Source of the DNA: Paragordius varius
Lineage: Eukaryota > Animalia > Nematomorpha
Reading direction: 5' to 3'
DNA length: 64,000 nt
Assembly (NCBI GenBank): GCA_964247055.1
Contig: OZ176052.1
Coordinates: forward strand, 13,888,001 to 13,952,000
The translations under genes were made by a program, and so were the position numbers. Below, piece after piece: positions 24,653 to 40,544 of this stretch. The notes under the pieces were generated by a model. That model saw only the letters and a list, made by a program, of their open reading frames with translations, did no database searches and was not told where the DNA came from. How positions within the stretch are numbered: position 1 is the stretch's first letter; each line of letters opens with the position of its first letter.

Positions 24653-27600
24653 TACTCCGATCTCGACAATATTTGTGGTGATGATGGAATTACCATAGGG
24701 CTACCCAAAAAAAATTATGGTGACATCACCTGATCAAATTTGGATTTTAGGTAGCCATTTTTATTTTTAAAATCGTATAAAATAAATTTTTTAAATATTT
24801 AAAATATTCATAAAAATTACATTTATACTCCGATCTCGAAAATATTTGGGGTGATGATGGAACTACCATAGGGCTACCCAAAAAAAATTATGGTGACATC
24901 TCCTGATCAAATTTGGATTTTAGGTAGCCATTTTTATTTTTAAAATCGTATAAAATAAATTTTTTAAATATTTAAAAAATTCATAAAAGTTACATTTATA
25001 GTCCGATCCACAAAATATTTGTGGTGATGATGGAACTACCATAGGGCTACCCAAAAAAAATTATGGTGACATCACCTTATCAAATTTGGATTTTAGGTAA
25101 CCATTTTTATTTTTAAAATCGTATAAAATAAATTTTTTAAATATTTAAAAAATTCATAAAAATTACATTTATACTCCGATCTCGAAAATATTTGGGGTGA
25201 TGATGGAACTACCATAGGGCTACGCAAAAAAATTATGGTGACATCACCTGATAAAATTTGGATTTTAGGTAGCCATTTTTATTTTTAAAATCGTATAAAA
25301 TAAATTTTTTAAATATTTAAAATATTCATAAAAATTACATTTATACTCCGATCTCGAAAATATTTGGGGTGATGATGGAACTACCATAGGGCTACCCAAA
25401 AAAAATTATGGTGACATCACCTGATCAAATTTGGATTTTAGGTAGCCATTTTTATTTTTAAAATCGTATAAAATAAATTTTTTAAATATTTAAAAAATTC
25501 ATAAAAATTACATTTATACTCCGATCTCGAAAATATTTGGGGTGATGATGGAACTACCATAGGGCTACGCAAAAAAAATTATGGTGACATCACCTGATCA
25601 AATTTGGATTTTAGGTAGCCATTTTTATTTTTAAAATCGTATAAAATAAATTTTTTAAATATTTAAAAAATTCATAAAAGTTACATTTATAGTCCGATCC
25701 ACAAAATATTTGTGGTGATGATGGAACTACCATAGGGCTACCCAAAAAAAATTATGGTGACATCACCTTATCAAATTTGGATTTTAGGTAGCCATTTTTA
25801 TTTTTAAAATCGTATAAAATAAATTTTTTAAATATTTAAAAAATTCATAAAAATTACATTTATACTCCTATCTCGAAAATATTTGGGGTGATGATGGAAC
25901 TACCATAGGGCTACGCAAAAAAAATTATGGTGACATCACCTGATCAAATTTGGATTTTAGGTAGCCATTTTTATTTTTAAAATCGTATAAAATAAATTTT
26001 TTAAATATTTAAAATATTCATAAAAATTACATTTATACTCCGATCTCGAAAATATTTGGGGTGATGATGGAACTACCATAGGGCTACCCAAAAAAAATTA
26101 TGGTGACATCACCTGATCCAATTTGGATTTTAGGTAGCCATTTTTATTTTTAAAATCGTATAAAATAAATTTTTTAAATATTTAAAAAATTCATAAAAGT
26201 TACATTTATAGTCCGATCCACAAAATATTTGTGGTGATGATGGAACTACCATAGGGCTACCCAAAAAAAATTATGGTGACATCACCTTATCAAATTTGGA
26301 TTTTAGGTAGCCATTTTTATTTTTAAAATCGTATAAAATAAATTTTTTAAATATTTAAAAAATTCATAAAAATTACATTTATAGTCCGATCCCCAAAATA
26401 TTTGGGGTGATGATGGAACTACCATAGGGCTACCCAAAAAAAAATATGGCGACATCACCTGATCAAATTTGGATTTTAGGTAGCCATTTTTATTTTTAAA
26501 ATCGTATAAAATAAATTTTTTAAATATTTAAAAAATTCATAAAAATTACATTTATACTCCGATCTCGACAATATTTGGGGTGATGATGGAACTACCATAG
26601 GGCTACCCAAAAAAAATTATAGTGACATCACCTGATCAAATTTGGATTTTAGGTAGCCATTTTTATTTTTAAAATCGTATAAAATAAATTTTTTAAATAT
26701 TTAAAAAATTCAAAAATATTACATTTATACTCCGATCTCGAAAATATTTGGGGTGATGATGGAACTACCATAGGGCTACCCAAAAAAAATTATGGTGACA
26801 TCACCTGATCAAATTTGGATTTTAGGTAGCCATTAATATTTTTAAAATCGTATAAAATAAATTTTTTAAATATTTAAAAAATTCATAAAAATTACATTTA
26901 TAGTCTATCCCCAAAATATTTGGGGTGATGATGGAACTACCATAGGGCTACCCAAAAAAAATTATAGTGACATCACCTGATGAAATTTGGATTTTAGGTA
27001 GCCATTTTTATTTTTAAAATCGTATAAAATAAATTTAAATATTTAAAAAATTCATAAAAATTACATTTATAGTCCGATCTCGAAAATATTTGGGGTGATG
27101 ATGGAACTACCATAGGGCTACCCAAAAAAAATTATGGCGACATCACCTGATCAAATTTGGATTTTAGGTAGCCATTTTTATTTTTTAAATCGTATAAAAT
27201 AAATTTTTTAAATATTTAAAAAATTCATAAAAATTACATTTATACTCCGATCTCGAAAATATTTGGGGTGATGATGGAACTACCATAGGGCTACCCAAAA
27301 AAAATTATAGTGACATCACCTGATCAAATTTGGATTTTAGGTAGCCATTTTTATTTTTAAAATCGTATAAAATAAATTTTTTAAATATTTAAAAAATTCA
27401 TAAAAATTACATTTATAGTCCGATCCCCAAAATATTTGGGGTGATGATGGAACTACCATAGGGCTACCCAAAAAAAATTATGGCGACATCACCTGATCAA
27501 ATTTGGATTTTAGGTAGCCATTTTTATTTTGAAAATCGTATAAAATAAATTTTTTAAATATTTAAAAAATTCAAAAAAATTACATTTATACTTCGATCTC

Positions 27601-29143
27601 GAAAATATTTGGGGTGATGATGGAACTACCATAGGGCTACCCAAAAAAATTATAGTGACATCACCTTATCAAATTTGGATTTTAGGTAGCCATTTTTATT
27701 TTTAAAATCGTATAAAATAAATATTTTAAATATTTAAAAAATTCATAAAAATTACATTTATACTCCGATCTCGAAAATATTTGGGGTGATGATGGAACTA
27801 CCATAGGGCTACCCAAAAAAAATTATGGTGACATCACCTGATCAAATTTGGATTTTAGGTAGCCATTTTTACTTTTAAAATCGTATAAAATAAATTTTTT
27901 AAATATTTATAAAATTCATAAAAGTTACATTTATAGTCCGATCCACAAAATATTTGTGGTGATGATGGAACTACCATAGGGCTACCCAAAAAAAATTATG
28001 GTGACATCACCTTATCAAATTTGGATTTTAGGTAGCCATTTTTATTTTTAAAATCGTATAAAATAAATTTTTTAAATATTTATAAAATTCATAAAAATTA
28101 CATTTATAGTCCGATCCCCAAAATATTTGGGGTGATGATGGAACTACCATAGGGCTACCCAAAAAAAATTATGGTGACATCACCTGATCAAATTTGGATT
28201 TTAGGTAGCCATTTTTATTTTTAAAATCGTATAAAATAAATTTTTTAAATATTTAAAAAATTCATAAAAATTACATTTATAGTTTATCTCGAAAATATTT
28301 GGGGTGATGATGGAACTACCATAGGGCTACCCAAAAAAAATTATGGTGACATCACCTGATCAAATTTGGATTTTAGGTAGCCATTTTTATTTTTAAAATC
28401 GTATAAAATAAATTTTTTAAATATTTAAAAAATTCATAAAAATTACATTTATAGTCCGATCCCCAAAATATTTGGGGTGATGATGGAACTACCATAGGGC
28501 TACCCAAAAAAAATTATGGTGACATCACCTGATCAAATTTGGATTTTAGGTAGCCATTTTTATTTTTAAAATCGTATAAAATAAATTTTTTAAATATTTA
28601 AAAAATTCAAAAAAATTACATTTATACTCCGATCTCGACAATATTTGGGGTGATGATGGAACTACCATAGGGCTACCCAAAAAAAATTATGGTGACATCA
28701 CCTGATCAAATTTGGATTTTAGGTAGCCATTTTTATTTTTAAAATCGTATAAAATAAATTTTTTAAATATTTAAAAAATTCATAAAAATTACATTTATAC
28801 TCCGATCTCGAAAATATTTGGGGTGATGATGGAACTACCATAGGGCTACCCAAAAAAAATTATGGTGACATCACCTGATCAAATTTGGATTTTAGGTAGC
28901 CATTTTTACTTTTAAAATCGTATAAAATAAATTTTTTAAATATTTAAAAAATTCATAAAAGTTACATTTATAGTCCGATCCACAAAATATTTGTGGTGAT
29001 GATGGAACTACCATAGGGCTACCCAAAAAAAATTATGGTGACATCACCTGATCAAATTTGGATTTTAGGTAGCCATTTTTATTTTTAAAATCGTATAAAA
29101 TAAATTTTTTAAATATTTAAAAAATTCAAAAAAATTACATTTA

Positions 29144-31213
29144 TACTCCGATCTCGACAATATTTGGGGTGATGATGGAATTACCATAGGGCTACCCAAA
29201 AAAAATTATGGTGACATCACCTGATCAAATTTGGATTTTAGGTAGCCATTTTTATTTTTAAAATCGTATAAAATAAATTTTTTAAATATTCAAAAAATTC
29301 ATAAAATTACATTTATACTCCGATCTCGAAAATATTTGGGGTGATGATGGAACTACCATAGGGCTACCCAAAAAAAATTATGGTGACATCACCTGATCAA
29401 ATTTGGATTTTAGGTAGCCATTTTTATTTTTAAAATCGTATAAAATAAATTTTTTAAATATTCAAAAAATTCATAAAATTACATTTATACTCCGATCTCG
29501 AAAATATTTGGGGTGATGATGGAACTACCATAGGGCTACCCAAAAAAAATTATGGTGACATCACCTGATCAAATTTGGATTTTAGGTAGCCATTTTTATT
29601 TTTAAAATCGTATAAAATAAATTTTTTAAATATTTAAAAAATTCATAAAAATTACATTTATACTCCGATCTCGAAAATATTTGGGGTGATGATGGAACTA
29701 CCATAGGGCTACCCAAAAAAAATTATGGCGACATCACCTGATCAAATTTGGATTTTAGGTAGCGATTTTTATTTTTAAAATCATATAAAATAAATTTTTT
29801 AAATATTTAAAAAATTCATAAAAATTACATTTATACTCCGATCTCGAAAATATTTGGGGTGATGATGGAACTACCATAGGGCTACCCAAAATAAAATATA
29901 GTGACATCACCTGATCAAATTTGGATTTTAGGTAGCCATTTTTATTTTTAAAATCGTATAAAATAAATTTTTAAATATTTAAAAAATTCATAAAAATTAC
30001 ATTTATAGTCCGATCCCCAAAATATTTGGGGTGATGATGGAACTACCATAGGGCTACCCAAAAAAAATTATAGTGACATCACCTGATCAAATTTGGATTT
30101 TAGGTAGCCATTTTTATTTTTAAAATCGTATAAAATAAATTTTTTAAATATTTAAAAAATTCAAAAAAATTACATTTATACTCCGATCTCGACAATATTT
30201 GGGGTGATGATGGAATTACCATAGGGCTACCCAAAAAAAATTATGGTGACATCACCTGATCAAATTTGGATTTTAGGTAGCCATTTTTATTTTTAAAATC
30301 GTATAAAATAAATTTTTTAAATATTCAAAAAATTCATAAAATTACATTTATACTCCGATCTCGAAAATATTTGGGGTGATGATGGAACTACCATAGGGCT
30401 ACCCAAAAAAAATTATGGTGACATCACCTGATCAAATTTGGATTTTAGGTAGCCATTTTTATTTTTAAAATCGTATAAAATAAATTTTTTAAATATTCAA
30501 AAAATTCATAAAATTACATTTATACTCCGATCTCGAAAATATTTGGGGTGATGATGGAACTACCATAGGGCTACCCAAAAAAAATTATGGTGACATCACC
30601 TGATCAAATTTGGATTTTAGGTAGCCATTTTTATTTTTAAAATCGTATAAAATAAATTTTTTAAATATTTAAAAAATTCTAAAAAATTACATTTATACTC
30701 CGATCTCGAAAATATTTAGGGTGATGATGGAACTACCATAGGGCTACCCAAAAAAAATTATGGCGACATCACCTGATCAAATTTGGATTTTAGGTAGCGA
30801 TTTTTATTTTTAAAATCATATAAAATAAATTTTTTAAATATTTAAAAAATTCATAAAAATTACATTTATACTCCGATCTCGAAAATATTTGGGGTGATGA
30901 TGGAACTACCATAGGGCTACCCAAAATAAAATATAGTGACATCACCTGATCAAATTTGGATTTTAGGTAGCCATTTTTATTTTTAAAATCGTATAAAATA
31001 AATTTTTAAATATTTAAAAAATTCATAAAAATTACATTTATAGTCCGATCCCCAAAATATTTGGGGTGATGATGGAACTACCATAGGGCTACCCAAAAAA
31101 AATTATAGTGACATCACCTGATCAAATTTGGATTTTAGGTAGCCATTTTTATTTTTAAAATCGTATAAAATAAATTTTTTAAATATTTAAAAAATTCATA
31201 AAAATTACATTTA
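29144..31213 (+). repeat. 6-monomer HOR, two copies (period 1035 bp)
   Basis: AGCGATTTT at 29761/30796; CCAAAATAAAATATAGTG at 29892/30927. Confidence 0.9.
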
Positions 31214-32249
31214 TAGTCCGATCCCCAAAATATTTGGGGTGATGATGGAACAACCATAGGGCTACGCAAAAAAAATTATGGCGACATCACCTGATCAAAT
31301 TTGGATTTTAGGTAGCCATTTTTATTTTTAAAATCGTATAAAATAAATTTTTTAAATATTTAAAAAATTCTAAAAAATTACATTTATACTCCGATCTCGA
31401 AAATATTTGGGGTGATGATGGAACTACCATAGGGCTACCCAAAAAAAATTATGGCGACATCACCTGATCAAATTTGGATTTTAGGTAGCCATTTTTATTT
31501 TTAAAATCGTATAAAATAAATTTCTTAAATATTTAAAAAATTCATAAAAATTACATTTATACTCCGATCTCGACAATATTTGGGGTGATGATGGAACTAC
31601 AATAGGGCTACCCAAAAAAAATTATAGTGACATCACCTGATCAAATTTGGATTTTAGGTAGCGATTTTTATTTTTAAAATCGTATAAAATAAATTTTTTA
31701 AATATTTAAAAAATTCATAAAAATTACATTTATACTCCGATCTCGAAAATATTTGGGGTGAGGATGGAACTACCATAGCGCTACCCAAAAAAAATTATAG
31801 TGACATCACCTGATCAAATTTGGATTTTAGGTAGCCATAATTATCTAAAACTCGTATAAAATAATTTTTTTAAATATTTAAAAAATTCATAAAAATTACA
31901 TTTATAGTCCGATCCCCAAAATATTTGGGGTGATGATGGAACTACCATAGGGCTACCCAAAAAAAATTATAGTGACATCACCTGATCAAATTTGGATTTT
32001 AGGTAGCCATTTTTATTTTTAAAATCGTATAAAATAAATTTTTTAAATATTCAAAAAATTCATAAAATTACATTTATACTCCGATCTCGAAAATATTTGG
32101 GGTGATGATGGAACTACCATAGGGCTACCCAAAAAAAATTATGGTGACATCACCTGATCAAATTTGGATTTTAGGTAGCCATTTTTATTTTTAAAATCGT
32201 ATAAAATAAATTTTTTAAATATTTAAAAAATTCATAAAAATTACATTTA

Positions 32250-35200
32250 TACTCCGATCTCGAAAATATTTGGGGTGATGATGGAACTACCATAGGGCTA
32301 CGCAAAAAAAATTATGGTGACATCACCTGATCAAATTTGGATTTTAGGTAGCCATTTTTACTTTTAAAATCGTATAAAATAAATTTTTTAAATATTTAAA
32401 AAATTCATAAAAGTTACATTTATAGTCCGATCCACAAAATATTTGTGGTGATGATGGAACTACCATAGGGCTACCCAAAAAAAATTATGGTGACATCACC
32501 TGATCAAATTTGGATTTTAGGTAGCCATTTTTATTTTTAAAATCGTATAAAATAAATTTTTTAAATATTTAAAAAATTCAAAAAAATTACATTTATACTC
32601 CGATCTCGAAAATATTTGGGGTGATGATGGAATTACCATAGGGCTACCCAAAAAAAATTATGGTGACATCACCTGATCAAATTTGGATTTTAGGTAGCCA
32701 TTTTTATTTTTAAAATCGTATAAAATAAATTTTTTAAATATTCAAAAAATTCATAAAATTACATTTATACTCCGATCTCGAAAATATTTGGGGTGATGAT
32801 GGAACTACCATAGGGCTACCCAAAAAAAATTATGGTGACATCACCTGATCAAATTTGGATTTTAGGTAGCCATTTTTATTTTTAAAATCGTATAAAATAA
32901 ATTTTTTAAATATTCAAAAAATTCATAAAATTACATTTATACTCCGATCTCGAAAATATTTGGGGTGATGATGGAACTACCATAGGGCTACCCAAAAAAA
33001 ATTATGGTGACATCACCTGATCAAATTTGGATTTTAGGTAGCCATTTTTATTTTTAAAATCGTATAAAATAAATTTTTTAAATATTTAAAAAATTCATAA
33101 AAATTACATTTATACTCCGATCTCGAAAATATTTGGGGTGATGATGGAACTACCATAGGGCTACCCAAAAAAAATTATGGTGACATCACCTGATCAAATT
33201 TGGATTTTAGGTAGCCATTTTTACTTTTAAAATCGTATAAAATAAATTTTTTAAATATTTAAAAAATTCATAAAAGTTACATTTATAGTCCGATCCACAA
33301 AATATTTGTGGTGATGATGGAACTACCATAGGGCTACCCAAAAAAAATTATGGTGACATCACCTTATCAAATTTGGATTTTAGGTAGCCATTTTTATTTT
33401 TAAAATCGTATAAAATAAATTTTTTAAATATTTAAAAAATTCATAAAAATTACATTTATACTCCGATCTCGAAAATATTTGGGGTGATGATGGAACTACC
33501 ATAGGGCTACCCAAAAAAAATTATAGTGACCTCACCTGATCAAATTTGGATTTTAGGTAGCCATTTTTATTTTTAAAATCGTATAAAATAAATTTTTTAA
33601 ATATTTAAAAAATTCATAAAAATTACATTTATAGTCCGATCTCGAAAATATTTGGGGTGATGATGGAACTACCATAGGGCTACCCAAAAAAAATTATGGC
33701 GACATCACCTGATCAAATTTGGATTTTAGGTAGCCATTTTTATTTTTAAAATCGTATAAAATAAATTTTTTAAATATTTAAAAAATTCAAAAAAATTACA
33801 TTTATACTCCGATCTCGACAATATTTGGGGTGATGATGGAATTACCATAGGGCTACCCAAAAAAAATTATGGTGACATCACCTGATCAAATTTGGATTTT
33901 AGGTAGCCATTTTTATTTTTAAAATCGTATAAAATAAATTTTTTAAATATTTAAAAAATTCAAAAATATTACATTTATACTCCGATCTCGAAAATATTTG
34001 GGGTGATGATGGAACTACCATAGGGCTACCCAAAAAAAATTATGGTGACATCACCTGATCAAATTTGGATTTTAGGTAGCCATTTTTATTTTTAAAATCG
34101 TATAAAATAAATTTTTTAAATATTTAAAAAATTCAAAAAAATTACATTTATACTCCGATCTCGACAATATTTGGGGTGATGATGGAATTACCATAGGGCT
34201 ACCCAAAAAAAATTATGGTGACATCACCTGATCAAATTTGGATTTTAGGTAGCCATTTTTATTTTTAAAATCGTATAAAATAAATTTTTTAAATATTTAA
34301 AAAATTCATAAAAATTACATTTATACTCCGATCTCGAAAATATTTGGGGTGATGATGGAACTACCATAGGGCTACCCAAAAAAAATTATGGTGACATCAC
34401 CTGATCAAATTTGGATTTTAGGTAGCCATTTTTACTTTTAAAATCGTATAAAATAAATTTTTTAAATATTTAAAAAATTCATAAAAGTTACATTTATAGT
34501 CCGATCCACAAAATATTTGTGGTGATGATGGAACTACCATAGGGCTACCCAAAAGAAATTATGGTGACATCACCTGATCAAATTTGGATTTTAGGTAGCC
34601 ATTTTTATTTTTAAAATCGTATAAAATAAATTTTTTAAATATTTAAAAAATTCAAAAAAATTACATTTATACTCCGATCTCGACAATATTTGGGGTGATG
34701 ATGGAATTACCATAGGGCTACCCAAAAAAAATTATGGTGACATCACCTGATCAAATTTGGATTTTAGGTAGCCATTTTTATTTTTAAAATCGTATAAAAT
34801 AAATTTTTTAAATATTCAAAAAATTCATAAAATTACATTTATACTCCGATCTCGAAAATATTTGGGGTGATGATGGAACTACCATAGGGCTACCCAAAAA
34901 AAATTATGGTGACATCACCTGATCAAATTTGGATTTTAGGTAGCCATTTTTATTTTTAAAATCGTATAAAATAAATTTTTTAAATATTCAAAAAATTCAT
35001 AAAATTACATTTATACTCCGATCTCGAAAATATTTGGGGTGATGATGGAACTACCATAGGGCTACCCAAAAAAAATTATGGTGACATCACCTGATCAAAT
35101 TTGGATTTTAGGTAGCCATTTTTATTTTTAAAATCGTATAAAATAAATTTTTTAAATATTTAAAAAATTCATAAAAATTACATTTATACTCCGATCTCGA

Positions 35201-36224
35201 AAATATATGGGGTGATGATGGAACTACCATAGGGCTACCCAAAAAAAATTATGGTGACATCACCTGATCAAATTTGGATTTTAGGTAGCCATTTTTACTT
35301 TTAAAATCGTATAAAATAAATTTTTTAAATATTTAAAAAATTCATAAAAGTTACATTTATAGTCCGATCCACAAAATATTTGTGGTGATGATGGAACTAC
35401 CATAGGGCTACCCAAAAAAAATTATGGTGACATCACCTTATCAAATTTGGATTTTAGGTAGCCATTTTTATTTTTAATATCGTATAAAATAAATTTTTTA
35501 AATATTTAAAAAATTCATAAAAATTACATTTATACTCCGATCTCGAAAATATTTGGGGTGATGATGGAACTACCATAGGGCTACCCAAAAAAAATTATAG
35601 TGACATCACCTGATCAAATTTGGATTTTAGGTAGCCATTTTTATTTTTAAAATCGTATAAAATAAATTTTTTAAATATTTAAAAAATTCATAAAAATTAC
35701 ATTTATAGTCCGATCTCGAAAATATTTGGGGTGATGATGGAACTACCATAGGGCTACCCAAAAAAAATTATGGCGACATCACCTGATCAAATTTGGATTT
35801 TAGGTAGCCATTTTTATTTTTTAAATCGTATAAAATAAATTTTTTAAATATTTAAAAAATTCAAAAAAATTACATTTATACTCCGATCTCGACAATATTT
35901 GGGGTGATGATGGAATTACCATAGGGCTACCCAAAAAAAATTATGGTGACATCACCTGATCAAATTTGGATTTTAGGTAGCCATTTTTATTTTTAAAATC
36001 GTATAAAATAAATTTTTTAAATATTTAAAAAATTCAAAAATATTACATTTATACTCCGATCTCGAAAATATTTGGGGTGATGATGGAACTACCATAGGGC
36101 TACCCAAAAAAAATTATGGTGACATCACCTGATCAAATTTGGATTTTAGGTAGCCATTTTTATTTTTAATATCGTATAAAATAAATTTTTTAAATATTTA
36201 AAAAATTCATAAAAATTACATTTA
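32250..36224 (+). repeat. 12-monomer HOR, two copies (period 2074 bp)
   Basis: TTTTACTTTT at 32361/34435 and 33224/35298; CCAC..CCTTATC monomer at 33295/35369. Confidence 0.85.
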
Positions 36225-39200
36225 TACTCCGATCTCGAAAATATTTGGGGTGATGATGGAACTACCATAGGGCTACCCAAAAAAATTATAGTGACATCAC
36301 CTGATCAAATTTGGATTTTAGGTAGCCATTTTTATTTTTAAAATCGTATAAAATAAATTTTTTAAATATTTAAAAAATTCATAAAAATTACATTTATAGT
36401 CCGATCCCCAAAATATTTGGGGTGATGATGGAACTACCATAGGGCTACCCAAAAAAAATTATGGCGACATCACCTGATCAAATTTGGATTTTAGGTAGCC
36501 ATTTTTATTTTGAAAATCGTATAAAATAAATTTTTTAAATATTTAAAAAATTCAAAAAAATTACATTTATACTTCGATCTCGAAAATATTTGGGGTGATG
36601 ATGGAACTACCATAAAGCTACCCAAAAAAATTATAGTGACATCACCTTATCAAATTTGGATATTAGGTAGCCATTTTTATTTTTAAAATCGTATAAAATA
36701 AATTTTTTAAATATTTAAAAAATTCATAAAAGTTACATTTATAGTCCGATCCACAAAATATTTGTGGTGATGATGGAACTACCATAGGGCTACCCAAAAA
36801 AAATTATGGTGACATCACCTGATCAAATTTGGATTTTAGGTAGCCATTTTTATTTTTAAAATCGTATAAAATAAATTTTTTAAATATTTAAAAAATTCAT
36901 AAAATTACATTTATACTCCGATCTCGAAAATATTTGGGGTGATGAGGGAACTACCATAGGGCTACCCAAAAAAAATTATGGTGACATCACCTGATCAAAT
37001 TTGGATTTTAGGTAGCCATTTTTATTTTTAAAATCGTATAAAATAAATTTTTTAAATATTAAAAAAATTCATAAAAATTACATTTATACTCCGATCTCGA
37101 AAATATTTGGGGTGATGATGGAACTACCATAGGGCTACGCAAAAAAAATTATGGTGACATCACCTGATCAAATTTGGATTTTAGGTAGCCATTTTTATTT
37201 TTAAAATCGTATAAAATAAATTTTTTAAATATTTAAAAAATTCAAAAATATTACATTTATACTCCGATCTCGAAAATATTTGGGGTGATGATGGAACTAC
37301 CATAGGGCTACCCAAAAAAAATTATGGTGACATCACCTGATCAAATTTGGATTTTAGGTAGCCATTTTTATTTTTAAAATCGTATAAAATAAATTTTTTA
37401 AATATTTAAAAAATTCATAAAAATTACATTTATAGTCCGATCTCGAAAATATTTGGGGTGATGATGGAACTACCATAGGGCTACCCAAAAAAAATTATGG
37501 CGACATCACCTGATCAAATTTGGATTTTAGGTAGCCATTTTTATTTTTTAAATCGTATAAAATAAATTTTTTAAATATTTAAAAAATTCAAAAAAATTAC
37601 ATTTATACTCCGATCTCGACAATATTTGGGGTGATGATGGAATTACCATAGGGCTACCCAAAAAAAATTATGGTGACATCACCTGATCAAATTTGGATTT
37701 TAGGTAGCCATTTTTATTTTTAAAATCGTATAAAATAAATTTTTTAATTATTTAAAAAATTCAAAAATATTACATTTATACTCCGATCTCGAAAATATTT
37801 GGGGTGATGATGGAACTACCATAGGGCTACCCAAAAAAAATTATGGTGACATCACCTGATCAAATTTGGATTTTAGGTAGCCATTTTTATTTTTAAAATC
37901 GTATAAAATAAATTTTTTAAATATTTAAAAAATTCATAAAAATTACATTTATACTCCGATCTCGAAAATATTTGGGGTGATGATGGAACTACCATAGGGC
38001 TACCCAAAAAAAATTATGGTGACATCACCTGATCAAATTTGGATTTTAGGTAGCCATTTTTACTTTTAAAATCGTATAAAATAAATTTTTTAAATATTTA
38101 AAAAATTCATAAAAGTTACATTTATAGTCCGATCCACAAAATATTTGTGGTGATGATGGAACTACCATAGGGCTACCCAAAAAAAATTATGGTGACATCA
38201 CCTTATCAAATTTGGATTTTAGGTAGCCATTTTTATTTTTAAAATCGTATAAAATAAATTTTTTAAATATTTAAAAAATTCATAAAAATTACATTTATAC
38301 TCCGATCTCGAAAATATTTGGGGTGATGATGGAACTACCATAGGGCTACCCAAAAAAAATTATAGTGACATCACCTGATCAAATTTGGATTTTAGGTAGC
38401 CATTTTTATTTTTAAAATCGTATAAAATAAATTTTTTAAATATTTAAAAAATTCATAAAAATTACATTTATAGTCCGATCTCGAAAATATTTGGGGTGAT
38501 GATGGAACTACCATAGGGCTACCCAAAAAAAATTATGGCGACATCACCTGATCAAATTTGGATTTTAGGTAGCCATTTTTGTTTTTTAAATCGTATAAAA
38601 TAAATTTTTTAAATATTTAAAAAATTCAAAAAAATTACATTTATACTCCGATCTCGACAATATTTGGGGTGATGATGGAATTACCATAGGGCTACCCAAA
38701 AAAAATTATGGTGACATCACCTGATCAAATTTGGATTTTAGGTAGCCATTTTTATTTTTAAAATCGTATAAAATAAATTTTTTAAATATTTAAAAAATTC
38801 AAAAATATTACATTTATACTCCGATCTCGAAAATATTTGGGGTGATGATGGAACTACCATAGGGCTACCCAAAAAAAATTATGGTGACATCACCTGATCA
38901 AATTTGGATTTTAGGTAGCCATTTTTATTTTTAAAATCGTATAAAATAAATTTTTTAAATATTTAAAAAATTCATAAAAATTACATTTATACTCCGATCT
39001 CGAAAATATTTGGGGTGATGATGGAACTACCATAGGGCTACCCAAAAAAATTATAGTGACATCACCTGATCAAATTTGGATTTTAGGTAGCCATTTTTAT
39101 TTTTAAAATCGTATAAAATAAATTTTTTAAATATTTAAAAAATTCATAAAAATTACATTTATAGTCCGATCCCCAAAATATTTGGGGTGATGATGGAACT

Positions 39201-40024
39201 ACCATAGGGCTACCCAAAAAAAATTATGGCGACATCACCTGATCAAATTTGGATTTTAGGTAGCCATTTTTATTTTGAAAATCGTATAAAATAAATTTTT
39301 TAAATATTTAAAAAATTCAAAAAAATTACATTTATACTTCGATCTCGAAAATATTTGGGGTGATGATGGAACTACCATAGGGCTACCCAAAAAAATTATA
39401 GTGACATCACCTTATCAAATTTGGATATTAGGTAGCCATTTTTATTTTTAAAATCGTATAAAATAAATTTTTTAAATATTTAAAAAATTCATAAAAGTTA
39501 CATTTATAGTCCGATCCACAAAATATTTGTGGTGATGATGGAACTACCATAGGGCTACCCAAAAAAAATTATGGTGACATCACCTGATCAAATTTGGATT
39601 TTAGGTAGCCATTTTTATTTTTAAAATCGTATAAAATAAATTTTTTAAATATTTAAAAAATTCATAAAATTACATTTATACTCCGATCTCGAAAATATTT
39701 GGGGTGATGAGGGAACTACCATAGGGCTACCCAAAAAAAATTATGGTGACATCACCTGATCAAATTTGGATTTTAGGTAGCCATTTTTATTTTTAAAATC
39801 GTATAAAATAAATTTTTTAAATATTAAAAAAATTCATAAAAATTACATTTATACTCCGATCTCGAAAATATTTGGGGTGATGATGGAACTACCATAGGGC
39901 TACGCAAAAAAAATTATGGTGACATCACCTGATCAAATTTGGATTTTAGGTAGCCATTTTTATTTTTAAAATCGTATAAAATAAATTTTTTAAATATTTA
40001 AAATATTCATAAAAATTACATTTA
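35187..40024 (+). repeat. 12-monomer block duplicated at 16-monomer spacing (2765 bp), overlapping the preceding HOR
   Basis: TTTTACTTTT at 35298/38063; TTCGATCTCG at 36574/39339; GAGGG at 36944/39709. Confidence 0.87.
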
Positions 40025-40544
40025 TACTCCGATCTCGAAAATATTTGGGGTGATGATGGAACTACCATAGGGCTACCCAAAAAAAATTTATGGTGACATC
40101 ACCTGATCAAATTTGGATTTTAGGTAGCCATTTTTATTTTTAAAATCGTATAAAATAAATTTTTTAAATATTTAAAAAATTCATAAAAGTTACATTTATA
40201 GTCCGATCCACAAAATATTTGTGGTGATGATGGAACTACCATAGGGCTACCCAAAAAAAATTATGGTGACATCACCTTATCAAATTTGGATTTTAGGTAG
40301 CCATTTTTATTTTTAAAATCGTATAAAATAAATTTTTTAAATATTTAAAAAATTCATAAAAATTACATTTATACTCCGATCTCGAAAATATTTGGGGTGA
40401 TGATGGAACTACCATAGGGCTACGCAAAAAAAATTATGGTGACATCACCTGATCAAATTTGGATTTTAGGTAGCCATTTTTATTTTTAAAATCGTATAAA
40501 ATAAATTTTTTAAATATTTAAAATATTCATAAAAATTACATTTA

